Positions 1 to 13,500 of a DNA stretch of 64,000 bases are shown here, in pieces. Each line of letters opens with the position of its first letter. The stretch's first letter is position 1. Made by a program: the position numbers and the translations under genes. Below the pieces are notes generated by a model. The model did no database searches and was not told the DNA's origin. It worked only from the letters and a program-made list of their open reading frames with translations. The stretch lies in contig MCFH01000016.1 in NCBI GenBank assembly GCA_002104945.1, positions 62,001 to 126,000 of the forward strand, read 5' to 3'. Source of the DNA: Piromyces finnis finn. Taxonomy: Eukaryota > Fungi > Neocallimastigomycota.

Positions 1-3000
1 ATACATATATTCCATACTATCAAAAATGATAAAAAGCATAAATATAACAACAATAATAGCTATAATGAAAAATGCTTTTAAATGATTTGTTGAAGCATTA
101 TCAATTTTTTCCTGTACTCTATCTATAGATTTTAAAAATAATTCGCTAAATTGACCTTTCGAGTTTTCTGCAAATATATACATTGTAAATAATAGATTTA
201 TTAAAAAGATTTAATTATCATAAATTAAGATAAACAGTATATATCGATAGATAAGATATATAGAAATTTTATTTTATTAGAATATTACCTATAAAGTATC
301 TAAGAAAACCCAGTTTTATAAATAAAATTAATAAATGTGGTATTCAATAATTTTATTAAAAAATAATTTACTACTTAAAAAAAGTAACATACCTTATGTC
401 TTTATTATCAAGGTATTCAGGGGTTCTTATGTTTGTACTATTTTCTATAGAATTAAAAATAATATTCTTAGCAAATTTAAAATTAATACTATTTAAAAAT
501 TATTAATTAATTACTTCTTTCTATGATAATTCTTGCTTTTCTATCAATTTTTGATATTGTTTTATAATAATTTATATCTAATAACCGATCTACTACACCA
601 TTTTCAATTGGATTAATTGTTGTATAACCATGTGATTCTAGAGTATGAGATTTATATATGGTTGGTATGTAAACTGTTTCTATAAAATCTAAACTATTAT
701 TGATTGTTTTTGTACACATCATATCTGAAGGATCAATTCCAGATGCTGTTGCTAAACTTAAAATTCTGACTGCTCTCTGAATATCACCTACTATATATGG
801 TGATCGTGACACTGTTGTATATAGCTTTATATTTGTTGTAATACTTGAAAATGAAATAGTATAGAATATAATACTTTATATATATAGAAAAGTAGTTATA
901 ATAAAATATCAATAAACATTTAATGAAACTAACAATATTAGAATAATAAATCATTACCCAATTGTACCAATAATAATAGATAATGTAGTAATGATTTGCA
1001 TAACACTTAGTAATTTATATAATGGTTCTTGGCATCTATTAAGAACATTTTTTCTTTTGTATTTTAATAAATTATTATATCAATTAATAAAAAAAAAAAT
1101 ACTTAGTCATCAATTTGATTATATTTATTATGATAGTGATAATATATCATATATTAATATATATATTACCTTAAAATTTTAGCCTTTCTGTTTTCTAAAT
1201 CACTAGTCATTGAAGAGGATAATCTTTCTGATCTTTCATATTGATTTTGATCGTCCTTTCTTATTGTAGTTGGTTTTGTATTATCATTTTCATAATTCTA
1301 TAAATATTAAAAAAAAATAATTAATATATTTTATATACACAAAAACAATTTTCAATTATTTTTATATATTATAATTTATACTTCATTTTCTTCAAGCATT
1401 TGTATATATTTTTCCTATATATAATTTTTATATTATTATAAAAGTATTAATAATTTTTAAATAATAATATTTTCTTAGTTTTTTTTTATTGTAAAACTTA
1501 CAGCTAGGTCACCTCTATTCTATAAATATAAAATTAATTAAAAAAGATATAATAAAAAAATTATTATCATTTTAATATATGTTATTAACACCATTATTAT
1601 TTTTATAAGTATTATTATTGTTTTGATAGATTAAAAAAAAAAAAAAAAAGAAACATACTAAGGAATATCGTAAAAATAAAATATAAAGTTCTAATGATTC
1701 TTTCGAATGATTAAATTTCACAATAAATTTTTTATAATGTCCTTCCGCTTCTCTTAAAATATCTGTTAATTCATCATTAATTACCATAGTATTCTCAATA
1801 TCAGCTACAGTTTCTAAATTTTTTAATGAGCTCATTAAAGACTTTAAAAAATTTAAAGCCGCTAAATGATATTGAATAGATCTGTTTTTAATATCAATTA
1901 ATTCAAAATCGGAAGCGCTATCAATTATTTTTATTACGTTTGTGATATTTTTTCATTTATAATTTTTATTTATTAAATAAATAATTCTAATTAGTTAAAA
2001 ATAATTACAGTAATTATAAAATAATATAATAATATACAACATGTATCAAAAAATGATAATGCTAATTAATACCTATTTTCGCCAGAACCTGGGTTTTCAT
2101 CAAACAATAACGATCTATCTGACTCTAATGAGAATGTTGCATCATACACCAAATATTTATCAAAAAATGATCTTGACATAGTAGAACATTTATATAAAAT
2201 TTTATCTGCAGTATATTCAATATTATCTAATAACTCATTTATATTATCATTTTGATAACATATTTTGTTTTGAGAAATATACCTTCTGATACCATGAAGA
2301 AAATTCCAGTATTGAATATAAACCTTAACAAATTATATATATATATTATGTAATTGTAATTAAAATTATATATCTACCAAACTAATTTTTTTAAAGGATG
2401 ATAAAAAAAAAAACCTATTAAAAGTAAAAAAAATTTATTACCTCTGTTGTGCGATTATATTGATTTACGCTTATTATTATTAAATCAAAAATAATATTTA
2501 ATTTTTTATTATTTATATTATTTATATTATTTATTTTATTACTAATTTAGTAAATGATATTGTTATTACAAAATATATTTCATACCCTTCTTTAAATAGA
2601 TAATCTAATAGGGTGATAGCATCTACAGAACGATTATATCTTTTAATATATAATAATATTAATATAGTTTCATTATCTGAGATGATTTTTTATTATATAT
2701 ATATATTATTACAATATAAAACAAGAGACATAGGCACAATCAGAAGGTCTATAGTAAACGGCTTCTTTTTTTACTATTTTCTTTTCAGATGCTATTACAA
2801 AAAATATATTTAAAAAATTATATATTTTTAATGAAAAAATATATTGTATTGCATAATATTAAAAAATATTGAGCTTATTTATATATCTATATAATAAACG
2901 AATATTCACCAATTGTTTGTATTGATTTTTCAACAGAGCCATCCTGCTCATTAAATTCTTTTTTTTCTTTCATTCTTTCACATATATGACTCTTATTATA

Positions 3001-5047
3001 TTTTTTCTTTATATTACCATATATTCTTTTTGAATACCAATTAATATAGTATTTGTTTAGCATCCATCCAATAATAAAACCAACAAATAAAATTGGGAAA
3101 AAAACGTAAAATTGTGGTGTAACATGAATTATAGTAAATAGGATATATATAAATGATTGTAATGCAACAGATGTCCATACTCCAGAATAAAATTTATTGA
3201 TCCTACTATTATAATAATTTTGACTATTTAAATGAAAATATAATAAAACTACAAATCCAACAAACAAAATCGTTAATGATACATATTGAATTTTAAAGAA
3301 ATTTTGGAATAATCTTGTATTTAAAATCTACATATCAAAATATGTATAAATTAAAGGAAAAAATTTTAATGGTTTATTGTTTGTTTGTTTGTTTGTTAAA
3401 TTTTATATAATTTAAAAGATTTTTATATACTCACTTCAAAGAACATAATTCTTTTATATATAATAATAATATTTGGTGAAAACAAAGCATTGACTTTTCC
3501 GGATAAGGGGAAGTAACGTTGTGAAAAATATGAAACCTTCAAATGAAATATTTTTTATTAAAATTTTATTTTTATTTATTTTTACTTATATTTCATAAAA
3601 TATTATTCATAACATACTAAAAATGAATAAGATAAAAAAATAAATAACAAAAATAGTGACACCATTATACTGTAATTATATATATATATTGATTAGTGAC
3701 TATGCTTTTATTTATCTAATTTTAGTTATTAAAATATTTATGTTTATATATAATATTGAAAAAAAAAAACTTTACAGTTTTAAGTGAGTACTATCATAGC
3801 ATTTAAATTTAATAACACCATTTTCTCCTGAAGAACAATTTAAAAACTCAAAAAAATTGTATATGCCTATATAAATAAGTAAATAACTTAGTACCCATTT
3901 TCATACTAATTTTGTACATAATTTATTTATATACATGATATTTACATGGTATATAGCAAATTCTTAAAAATATAAATATATAAAAAAAAAAAAAATAAAT
4001 AAAAAATATTAATAAAATAATGATAATAATAATCAAATTTCTATAATTCTTATTAATTATTAATTTACCTATATAATAATCCATTTAAGTAACTATTAAT
4101 CTATTAATTTATTAATATTAAGATTATTTCTTGTTATTTATTTTATTTTATTATCTTTTCCCATGTAATAGTGAATGTATTACCTTTATTATTGGACCAG
4201 GTACCTTTCTAATTATTATCAAATAGAGATAAATGTATTAATAATAATAGTTATATTTCTTTATAAAAAAATTAAAGATTACCTCATTGAAGTAATACCT
4301 CCTAAAAACCCATTAATTACTACATTTTTTTATTATTAAAAATTTAATCTTAATTATTAATTTATATTTATCTTCATATTGGTTAATATTCTAGCCTTAC
4401 CTAAACATATTGTCATAAATGTAATGCAACTTCCAATAATCACCAAGTAACTAACTAAAATGACAATAATAATAGTTATAATTTACTAAATTAATTAATT
4501 TATTATTGTTGTTGTTGATGTTATTGCTATTAGTATTATATCTAATCCACATACATGTTGAAAAAATATTTTTTAAAAAAAATACACTAAAAATTGATTT
4601 TATTGAACTTGGAACATTTGAAAAGTAATCTTCATAAAAAAGAATAAATAATTGAATGTCTGTTTATAATAGGTATTATTTTAATTTCAAAGAATTTATA
4701 TATTAATAAACATTTATAATTCAAATATTTTTTACTTTTTTTTTTTTATTATTATTATTTATTTTTACTTTCTATAATTATCAGTACATATTCCAAAAGA
4801 TTTGGTATATAACATTTCTTGTTCAATGACTCGAAATAATAAAATAAACTGATCTATACATATATCAATAAAAAATCATTAATATGTTTTAACTTCAGTT
4901 TTATAAGTAATAATAATTTTATTTTACTTCATATTTTTTTAAATTCAAAGAAGATTGAATATTGAAAACTTCTTTTTGTTTTTCAGGTTTATCTTCATCT
5001 ATTTCTTGTTCCAAATTATAATTATTCACATTTTCATTTATATTCAT
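1..5047 (-). CDS. Multi-exon polytopic membrane protein, TmcB/TmcC (tiny macrocysts)-like; 3' end runs off the window
   Basis: Putative ATG at 5047 (MNINENVNNY...). Short coding exons between AT-rich introns include hydrophobic segments (2887-3267), a Cys pair in the TM region (FLNCSSGENGVIKFKCYDSTH), a TPR-like helical exon (AEGHYKKFIVKFNHSKESLELYILFLRY, 1572-1835), further exons (507-812) and another TM segment at 1-200. Family call is from remembered architecture; exon boundaries are approximate. Confidence 0.55.
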
Positions 5048-6231
5048 TTTTATTAAAAGTTTACTAAATATATAATTTTAACAGTAAATTAAAAAAAGTA
5101 AAAAGAAATATAATAATTATATATATGAATATATATATATATATTCATATATTTTACTCCAAGTAATTGTTATTTTTTACTTGAAAAATTCAATTCAAAT
5201 AGTCTAATTTATAACTTTATAAAAAACTTTAAATTTTATTAACTAAAGAAAGTGGAGATAAAACAAAAATTAAATTTGAATAAAAATATTAAAATAACTT
5301 CTTTGTTTATTTTTTTATTTTTCCTTTTAAAAATTTTTCTATTATTTAACAATAGGAAACATTCATTCTGTATAATTTAAAAATAAATAATGAAATTATT
5401 ATTTTTTATTAGTAGTAGTAGTGGTAATAGGTAATAATATTTGTAGAACATATAATTTCATATTTTAATTATTGATTAAAAAAAAAATGGATCCATAATA
5501 AGTGTTATTTTTCTAATAAAAATACATTTAAAATATAAAAATATAAGCATTTTCGTATAAAATTTAATATAAATACTGAATAGACTACTTTTCTTTCTTT
5601 TTCAACATATTCAATATTCAATAGTATAATACGTATTAGAATTTTAATATTATATACTAAATCTGAATTCTATTATATTTCATTAAATCTATGATAGAAG
5701 TTATTCAATATTAAATAAGGTTTGTTTATTATGTTAATTCTTCTTAAGTTGAAAAAGTATGAAATATACATTAATATTTACACTAATTGTAATTTTTGTT
5801 AAATAAAACGAAACTTTCAAAAAATAATGTATTTTAAATAACGAAAATTAAAAAATTACATAAATTAATTTATTATATTTTAAATTTCTTTTTTTTTACT
5901 TCATTTCAATCTTTATATTCTGACATACTTCCCATATATTCAAAATACACTGTTGTCGTACTATTATTAAAATAACTTTATTTAATAATAGTTATTTATT
6001 AAATAACTATTATTAACATTTATTTATTTTTGAGTTTTTGCTTCATTTTATTATTATTACTATTATCATTGGTGATTGTTTTATAAAAATCTTGAAAATA
6101 ATTTATAAAAACATTTTATTTCATATTTTATTTTTTAATTTTTATTATTACTTTATTTTATTTTATTAAGAATAACTCATTAAAATATCTTATATTACAT
6201 AAAAAAAAAAAATTTTTTTTTCTCTTCTAAA

Positions 6232-6796
6232 TTTTTTTTTTTTTATTTTTTTTTTTTTTTTAACTTCCGAGTGCATTTCTCCCATCGATCAGAATTAGCT
6301 CCAATGGTGGTTCTTAGAGAAACGTTGGCTCATTCCTATTGCTAGGTGGTTGTGACCCTCCTGGTCTGTCATACTGTTTCTTCAGCTTCGACGCTCACTT
6401 AATCCATGTACATTAGATGCATGTCGTTGTACGATATTTCACAACTACAATGCTAAGCCTCTTATAGTCAATTTGATCACGTGTCAACCGCCCCCTAATG
6501 TTTACACTTAAATTGATTAAGGAATATTACGTGTTTTTGGCATAGCCTAAGTCACCACTTATTAAGTTCTAATTTGGAATGTACCATGTACACTAGACCC
6601 TCTCAGGCCGGCTAGACGAGTGTTATTATCATAGTAGTAAATTAGAAAGTTCATTTATACTTACCTGAATATCATAACCCAACCCATGGCAAACCCAGTG
6701 GGAAAATCCACAGGCACTGACATCTGCGGGGTCGAACCAGAAGCCTTATGTATGCTAAGGAAACGCCTTAACAACCAGGATAAAAACTGGAACGAC
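6232..6796 (-). mobile_element. tRNA-Ala-derived SINE, copy 1 (longer 5' end)
   Basis: Reverse complement of 31671-32187 with only ~2 differences seen. tRNA-like head contains CCTTAGCAT and B-box GGTTCGACCCC. Poly(A) tail (T-run at ~6232-6261). 12-bp TSD TTCTCTTCTAAA at 6220-6231 and 6797-6808. No ORF. Confidence 0.9.
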
Positions 6797-7012
6797 TTCT
6801 CTTCTAAAAACTAAGGAAATAAATATTATTAATTTTTTTTTTTTTTTTTTTTTAATTGTTCTTATTACATTATTTTCTTTTCTTACTTTTGTAATTTTCT
6901 TCTCCTTTTTTTTTTTTATCTTATATTTTATTTCATTATTACCATCTCATCATGAATACATAGATATTAAAAAAATTAAAATTTGATAGATATATATAAA
7001 AACATCAATTTC

Positions 7013-7048
<36 letters not shown>

Positions 7049-7542
7049 TATAATATATATATTAAAAAATGACTAATTAATTTTTCAATTTAAAAAGAAA
7101 ATGAATTAAATATATATTTTAATATTATATAAATATGATGTTGTTGATGATTAATAATGGATAATAAAATTATCTTATAATGAAAATGTTTTTTTTTTCT
7201 TCTCTTTTTTTTTAAAAAAAAAATTTAAAAATATTTAAAATTCTATTTTGTGTTTTTGTTATTATTATTATTTTGGGGGTTGTATTTTATATATATATGT
7301 AAATTTTAATATAGATTTGTAGATATAAATTTTCTATATATAATACAAATAAATAGCTGTGATTTGTAATTTTTGTTTGTTTGTTTGTTTGTTTGTATTT
7401 TTTTTTGTCAATTGTTCTATGAAAAAATTTATGATGCATAATCATGAGTAAAATATATATTTAAAATGAAATATTTTTTGTTTAAAATAAAAAAGACTTC
7501 TTTTTGTATTGTTTTGGTTTTTCATTAACTAAACTTCATTTT

Positions 7543-10500
7543 TTATGAAACAATTGCTTCAACAACAGCACAACATAATTGAGATAATTTCATCTTCTTT
7601 GGTTTTGGGGCATTTGTAAAAAGACCACTTTCTGGTACACCAGCAAAACCGATATCATTAAGGAATGTTATAAGTTGATGGCGTCTTGGAGAATTTTGCC
7701 AATCATCACCAAGTGGTTTGCTAATTATAGCTGTTAAAATCGCTTGAATGGTTTCTCCTACTACTGGAGATTGATTATTATTTAAGGTATAAATCATCTT
7801 TGGAAGAATTGAATCATATATCATGACAAAGACATCTGGAAGTGCAACTGAAAGTTCAGCAAAGAATCTATAAATAAATACTTGTTCATTTTCATACTCT
7901 GCAGTTTGAAGTAAAGTGGCAAGCATAGTAGATAAAAGAATTGCATTTTCTTCATCAAGGGATAATTTATCCAAAATCTTAGACATTTTATTATAGTTAT
8001 CAATGGTATTAATATCAATATCACCGTATACATCATCAATAACACCGACACTCCAGAAAAGTTCCTTTAATTTTTCGGTAATTGGAAGAAGTGGGGCAAT
8101 CAAACCAATTAAATCTTTACCAACTGTATTATTAGCACCAATGCAAACTCCACCTCCAGACTTACTTGCAATTTCAAGGAATGTCATTAAAAGAGAAATA
8201 GTGGCGGATTTAGTAGCTGGATGTCTTAATCCCTTTAATAAATTAGTAGAAACAGCAAAAGCAAAGTTAACTGAGAAGTGGCAACCAACACAGGCATCCA
8301 TTTGATTAACAATTTCTGTGAGTGGCTCACGAGCTTTCATAAGATATGAGAAGATAGTTTCATCGACAAAACAGTCATTAGCTTCTAAAGTTCTTAATAC
8401 TACCTTAATTAAATTGATTGCAGCTTGGAATAATGGAATATTTCCGATTTGAATTAAAGACATACCTAACCAGAACATTGGGGACATATAACGAGAATCT
8501 AATGGCAAATTCTCCACAACATTAGTTAAACACATAATAATACTAATAATGTAGGTACATTCAGTTTGATCGTAAAGAGCTAAAGCATTTCTTAATGCAA
8601 CTAAAATTTGATATAAAAGGTCGTCATCTACTTCATCTCTGGCTAAACAACCCATGGCTACAAATGCACGTGGTTGAAGAGCAGGATTATATTGGAATGC
8701 AGTACTTGTAATTAAACTCATCCAACGAGATTTCCAAGTAGCAGAAACTTCTTCATTTGGAGCACCATAAGTCATAATATTCAAAAGAGTTGTGGAAACT
8801 GTTTCTAATGCAGAAAGAGTGATACCTTCATATGGATCAGACATTGCCTCACTAATATTTGTAAATGCATTTTGTGATCCTTTATTCATTCCAAATAATA
8901 AACAGAATTTAGTATCAACAAAGTCAGAAAGCTGTAATTGAAGATTCTTAAGGGTTTCACTTTCCGGTGGGAGTGAAATGCACATAGAGTGTATTAAGTT
9001 AACAACTAATCCATGAACAGAAGCACGAATTAATGGGGAACCAACACCAACAAACATGGTAATAATATGGAATAATTCTGGTAAATACTGTTGAACAAAT
9101 ATATTATTACTAAACGAAAGCATTAAAATTAAACGAACCATAATTGTTAATTCATCCCAATCAGGATGATCAGTTAAAGAAACAGCACCATTAAATGCTG
9201 AAACCTTCAACTTCTTTCTTAATTTTGATATAATCTTTCCAGCTACTAATTGAACATTTAAAGAAGCATAAGAAACAATAGTATTACAAATGATTTCTGA
9301 TTGAGCAGTTAATGCACCACACTCAAGTGCTTTACGAATAAAAACATCAATAACCTCAGAAACAATTTCTTCTGCTTCACCCAATACCTTCCATATCTTT
9401 GTTTGAATATATGGATACATATCACTTTCAGTAATACTGAAATCAATAAATTGACGTAAAATTTCTTCTAACTTTTCTGAAGCTTCTTTAGCCTTATCAC
9501 TATCACCAAGAGAACCTGGGTTGGCATAAAGAGCTAAATTTGGAATCCAAGGTGAAATATATTCAATACAATAATGCTTCAAATCTTTTGAGGATTTTTG
9601 CATACCTTCAAAGGCTTCTAATAAAAGTTCTAAAGTTAACTCAGGCTTAGTACGTGCAAGGCGTTCACTAATGCTAATGATAAAGTTGATACTATTAGAA
9701 GGAATACACAATCCTTTAGTACTTAAAAGTTGATTATCAACATCAAATGAAAATGCTAAACTTAATGAATACAAAAGATTATAAGCGGAAAGTCGTAATG
9801 TTGGATCATCGCTTCCTGCGTTTAATAAAGCCATATTAAGAAGAGTACCTGGAACATCACCTGGTCTAAGAATACGTTCAGTCATACCAGATGGTCTTGA
9901 ATATTGGAAACGAGAACGAGAGGCACGGATAGCTTGGAAAATTTGATCACGCTTTGGTGATGAGAAACTTTGCATACGCTTATCTTGTCCATAGCGGATA
10001 ACAAAATCACTCTCGTCTTCAGGATCACTACTATATAAAATATCAACAATTTCCGAAATTTGAATTACATCATTAAATGTACATGGAATACCGAAAAGTT
10101 CTTGCTTCTTAACAGTAGTAATAATAATACTATCCTTGTTAATTTTTAAAACGACTTGATTACGACTCTTATAATGAGTAATTCGGATTACTGGTGTAAA
10201 ACTAGTAATAATATCTTTTTCTAAAAGAATTGTAGACTTTGGAAGCTTTAATTCAGCTGAAGAAATGTATTCATTTAATTCACTTGTAAAAGTAACACAA
10301 ATCATCTTTTTCAATACCTGGTTTGTAATAGTCTTTGCAAATTGCTTTGACCACTTTTTAAAGACAGTTGTAACATTGTATAAATAAATACGATTTAAAT
10401 TTTCAAAAGTTTCTGGTGGGAATAATAAAAGGATCTTAAGCCAATAAACGTTCTTTACTTCGTTACCAATATCAAAGAAACTACAGTCAATTACAATTTC

Positions 10501-13500
10501 ATATGGCTTATTTGAATATTGTTTTACAACAGTTAAGAAATAATACAATAACAATTCAATATCTTCACTTTCAGTTGGTACTCTTCTTGCAATTAAATAA
10601 AAGACAGTATTTCTTTCCTTAGACATACCTCCTTCGTAGAAAATCTTGGCATCTCTTATGGCATCAAGATTACGGTGTTCATTTCTTTGAAGGAAATCAA
10701 GGAAATCAATATTAATAACACCAGACTTTCCAATTATAGAAGAAGTTGATTGAGTTTCAGTTATCTCTGGTGGTGGACCTAATTGATTGATTAATGCAGT
10801 AAATTGTTCAAATGTCTTTTTAATACTATTTGAAGATGGTTGTGGCATTGTACTACGGTTCATTAACTTTGTTTCACGGTCAGCTCTATTAATATCTTCA
10901 TTACTGGATTGATTAGAAACAAGATTTACATTTGAGGAAGATTGATTATTGGAATACATAGTATTCTTACGACTATGCTTATTTTTACGAGAAATCATTT
11001 CCTTACCAGCTCTTTCAATTTTTTCTTGATTTTCAACCAAATAGTAATGAAGCTTATTAATAACATTTTGATCAATCAATGCATCACCATCTCCTATGTA
11101 AGTACTATCTACAATTGGCATAGAACCATCTAAACCTGAAATACATTTTAAGAAACCAGTAACTTGAGTAATATTTGATTTTAAAAATTCATTTAATTCA
11201 ATCATAAAGGTTTCCTTAACACCAAAAAGAACATTATTAGCCAAATTTTGAATGATTTTTGTACATAATACCAAGCCACGACGTAATTCTTTATGAGACT
11301 GTGGAATAGTAATTAAATCATGACCATCAGGAGAAACTATAGCAGGACAGAAGAAACGAAGGAATATAAAACCACCAACTGCTGGTAATGGTGAACCTGG
11401 GAATTTATCATTGACAACCTTAGCAATAAAAGTGCAAAGTTCTACAAAACAAGAAGGAATTCCTTGACTATTAGTAATAGCATCAATAAAACCTTGGCAT
11501 GCATTCTTTAAATTTTCCAAATTTGTATTCTTATCCCCATATTGAATTTTTGCTGGATCAATTTCATATGACTTATCAACAGAATCAGCAACTAATTGAT
11601 CTAAATATGGTTGAAGTGTTTTTCTTAAATATTCACTACCTTGAGATTTTGCAAAATATGTTAAAAGTCTAGTAGCCATACTATTTCTTCTGAAAAGATT
11701 CGCTGGAGATTCAGTTTTAATAACTTCCTTTTCTACAACAGTTTTAATTAATTTTAGAATTAAATCATGATTATTTTTAAAGAGAGTCAAGATAATCTGT
11801 GCAATTTCATCAATGTCACCAACTGGAGCAACTTCACATAGAGCTAATGGAAGAGTTAAATCTGGATCAACAAAGAGATCTATTAACTTTTTATATCTTT
11901 CCTTCATAACTTTTTCCTTATTTTCTTCAGATAGATCTTCAAAATCAGAAACTTGGTTTAATATATTAGTAAAGATTTGCATAAATGCAGCTCTAGTCTT
12001 AGTATCTTCATGATAACCTAAAGATAAAGAATATTTTAAACCAATATCAATATTTGAACTTAAAAGATTAGATAAAGCCAATATAGAATAATCTTTTAAT
12101 GGACCCATCCAACGAACATAATCTTTTGATTTTGAAAGAAGAGAAGAAAGTTCTGATGTAGCACCACGATAATCTCCACTTTCTATAATTTCTAAAAGAC
12201 GACTTCTTCTTAAAAGAGTAATAAAGAAATGGAAATATTTATTGAAAAGACGAGTTTTTTCTTCATCAATAGTAGCTTCATGAGCATCTTCTGGTTGAAG
12301 AGGAAGTTGAACTAATAAAATAGTAACAGTTTTCATACAGGAAATATCCAAATCAATATGAAGTTTAGATTCCTTATTATGAATATTTGTAAGATCATCT
12401 GCATACATTCTTTCACTTTGAAGTTCCTCTTTGTCATTTATCCAACCAATAAAAGTTTCCACTAATTTATTACGGAATTTAACAGAATTACAAAGACGAG
12501 CAAATTCTTTCTTGCTAAAAACTGAATCACAAAGTTGAGAAATTCTTACCTTAATTCTTAATGAAGTGCTATATTGATTTGGTGCTTCGGAAAGACGATC
12601 AACATAACGTATAAATGTAATGATCAAACTAGCTAAATCCATAGAACCTAAATAATCCGTTGTATCTTCACGATCTACCAAGCATCTAAATATACTTATA
12701 GCATTTTCGACAAAGGATGTATTTTTTTCACTGCATATAATTCTATCTCTTTCATCGAAAAAGTTACGCTTCATATTCAAATCAAGACACTTAAAGAATT
12801 GAGAATAAAGAAGAGTACTAAGTTCATTTCCAAGAAGTTCCTTTACAGATTCTCTTACCATTACATTATCAGAACCAAGTAAATCAACTAAAGCACGAAC
12901 AAATTTTTCAATTAAATCATAACCATTATTATATAATCTAGAAATACTATTAGTAGATAAGTAATTGGTATTATAAATATCTGTTTGTTCAGGCTTATTT
13001 TCATAACCAACTGTACCATTCATTCCTTTTACTAATTGATTTTGTGGTATAAGACCTTGCTTAACCATCTGTGTGACCATACGACCAGCGATAATGCAAC
13101 AACCCCCAAGAGCACAAAGGAATCCAGTATAGTTCTTCCACTCGCCTTTATCTTCAATAAATACATAATCTTCTGGACGAACTTGATAACGAGGATTACT
13201 TCCTTTCTTTTTAAGTTCATCATAATTATTATAATAATCCTCCCAATTATTTTGTGATAAAATAGGACTACCAAAGTTATTATTTGAAGGTAATGGAACA
13301 TTTTTATTTTGGGGAACAGATACATAACTGGTGAGTTTGTACCAACGTCTGTAAACTTCTTCATACGCACCCATAATACCTACTGTAGGTTTATCCAAAT
13401 TACGTAATACATTTCTAATACGTTTTTGTTGTACTTTTTGACTTGGAATAACGCCATTACTTAATTGTTGAATAATTTTACGATAAATATTAAGATTTTC

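Noticed and set aside
6720-6796. Functional tRNA gene
   Set aside because: Acceptor, anticodon and T stems do not pair properly, and the sequence is embedded in a TSD-flanked, poly(A)-tailed repeat, so it is treated as a SINE head.
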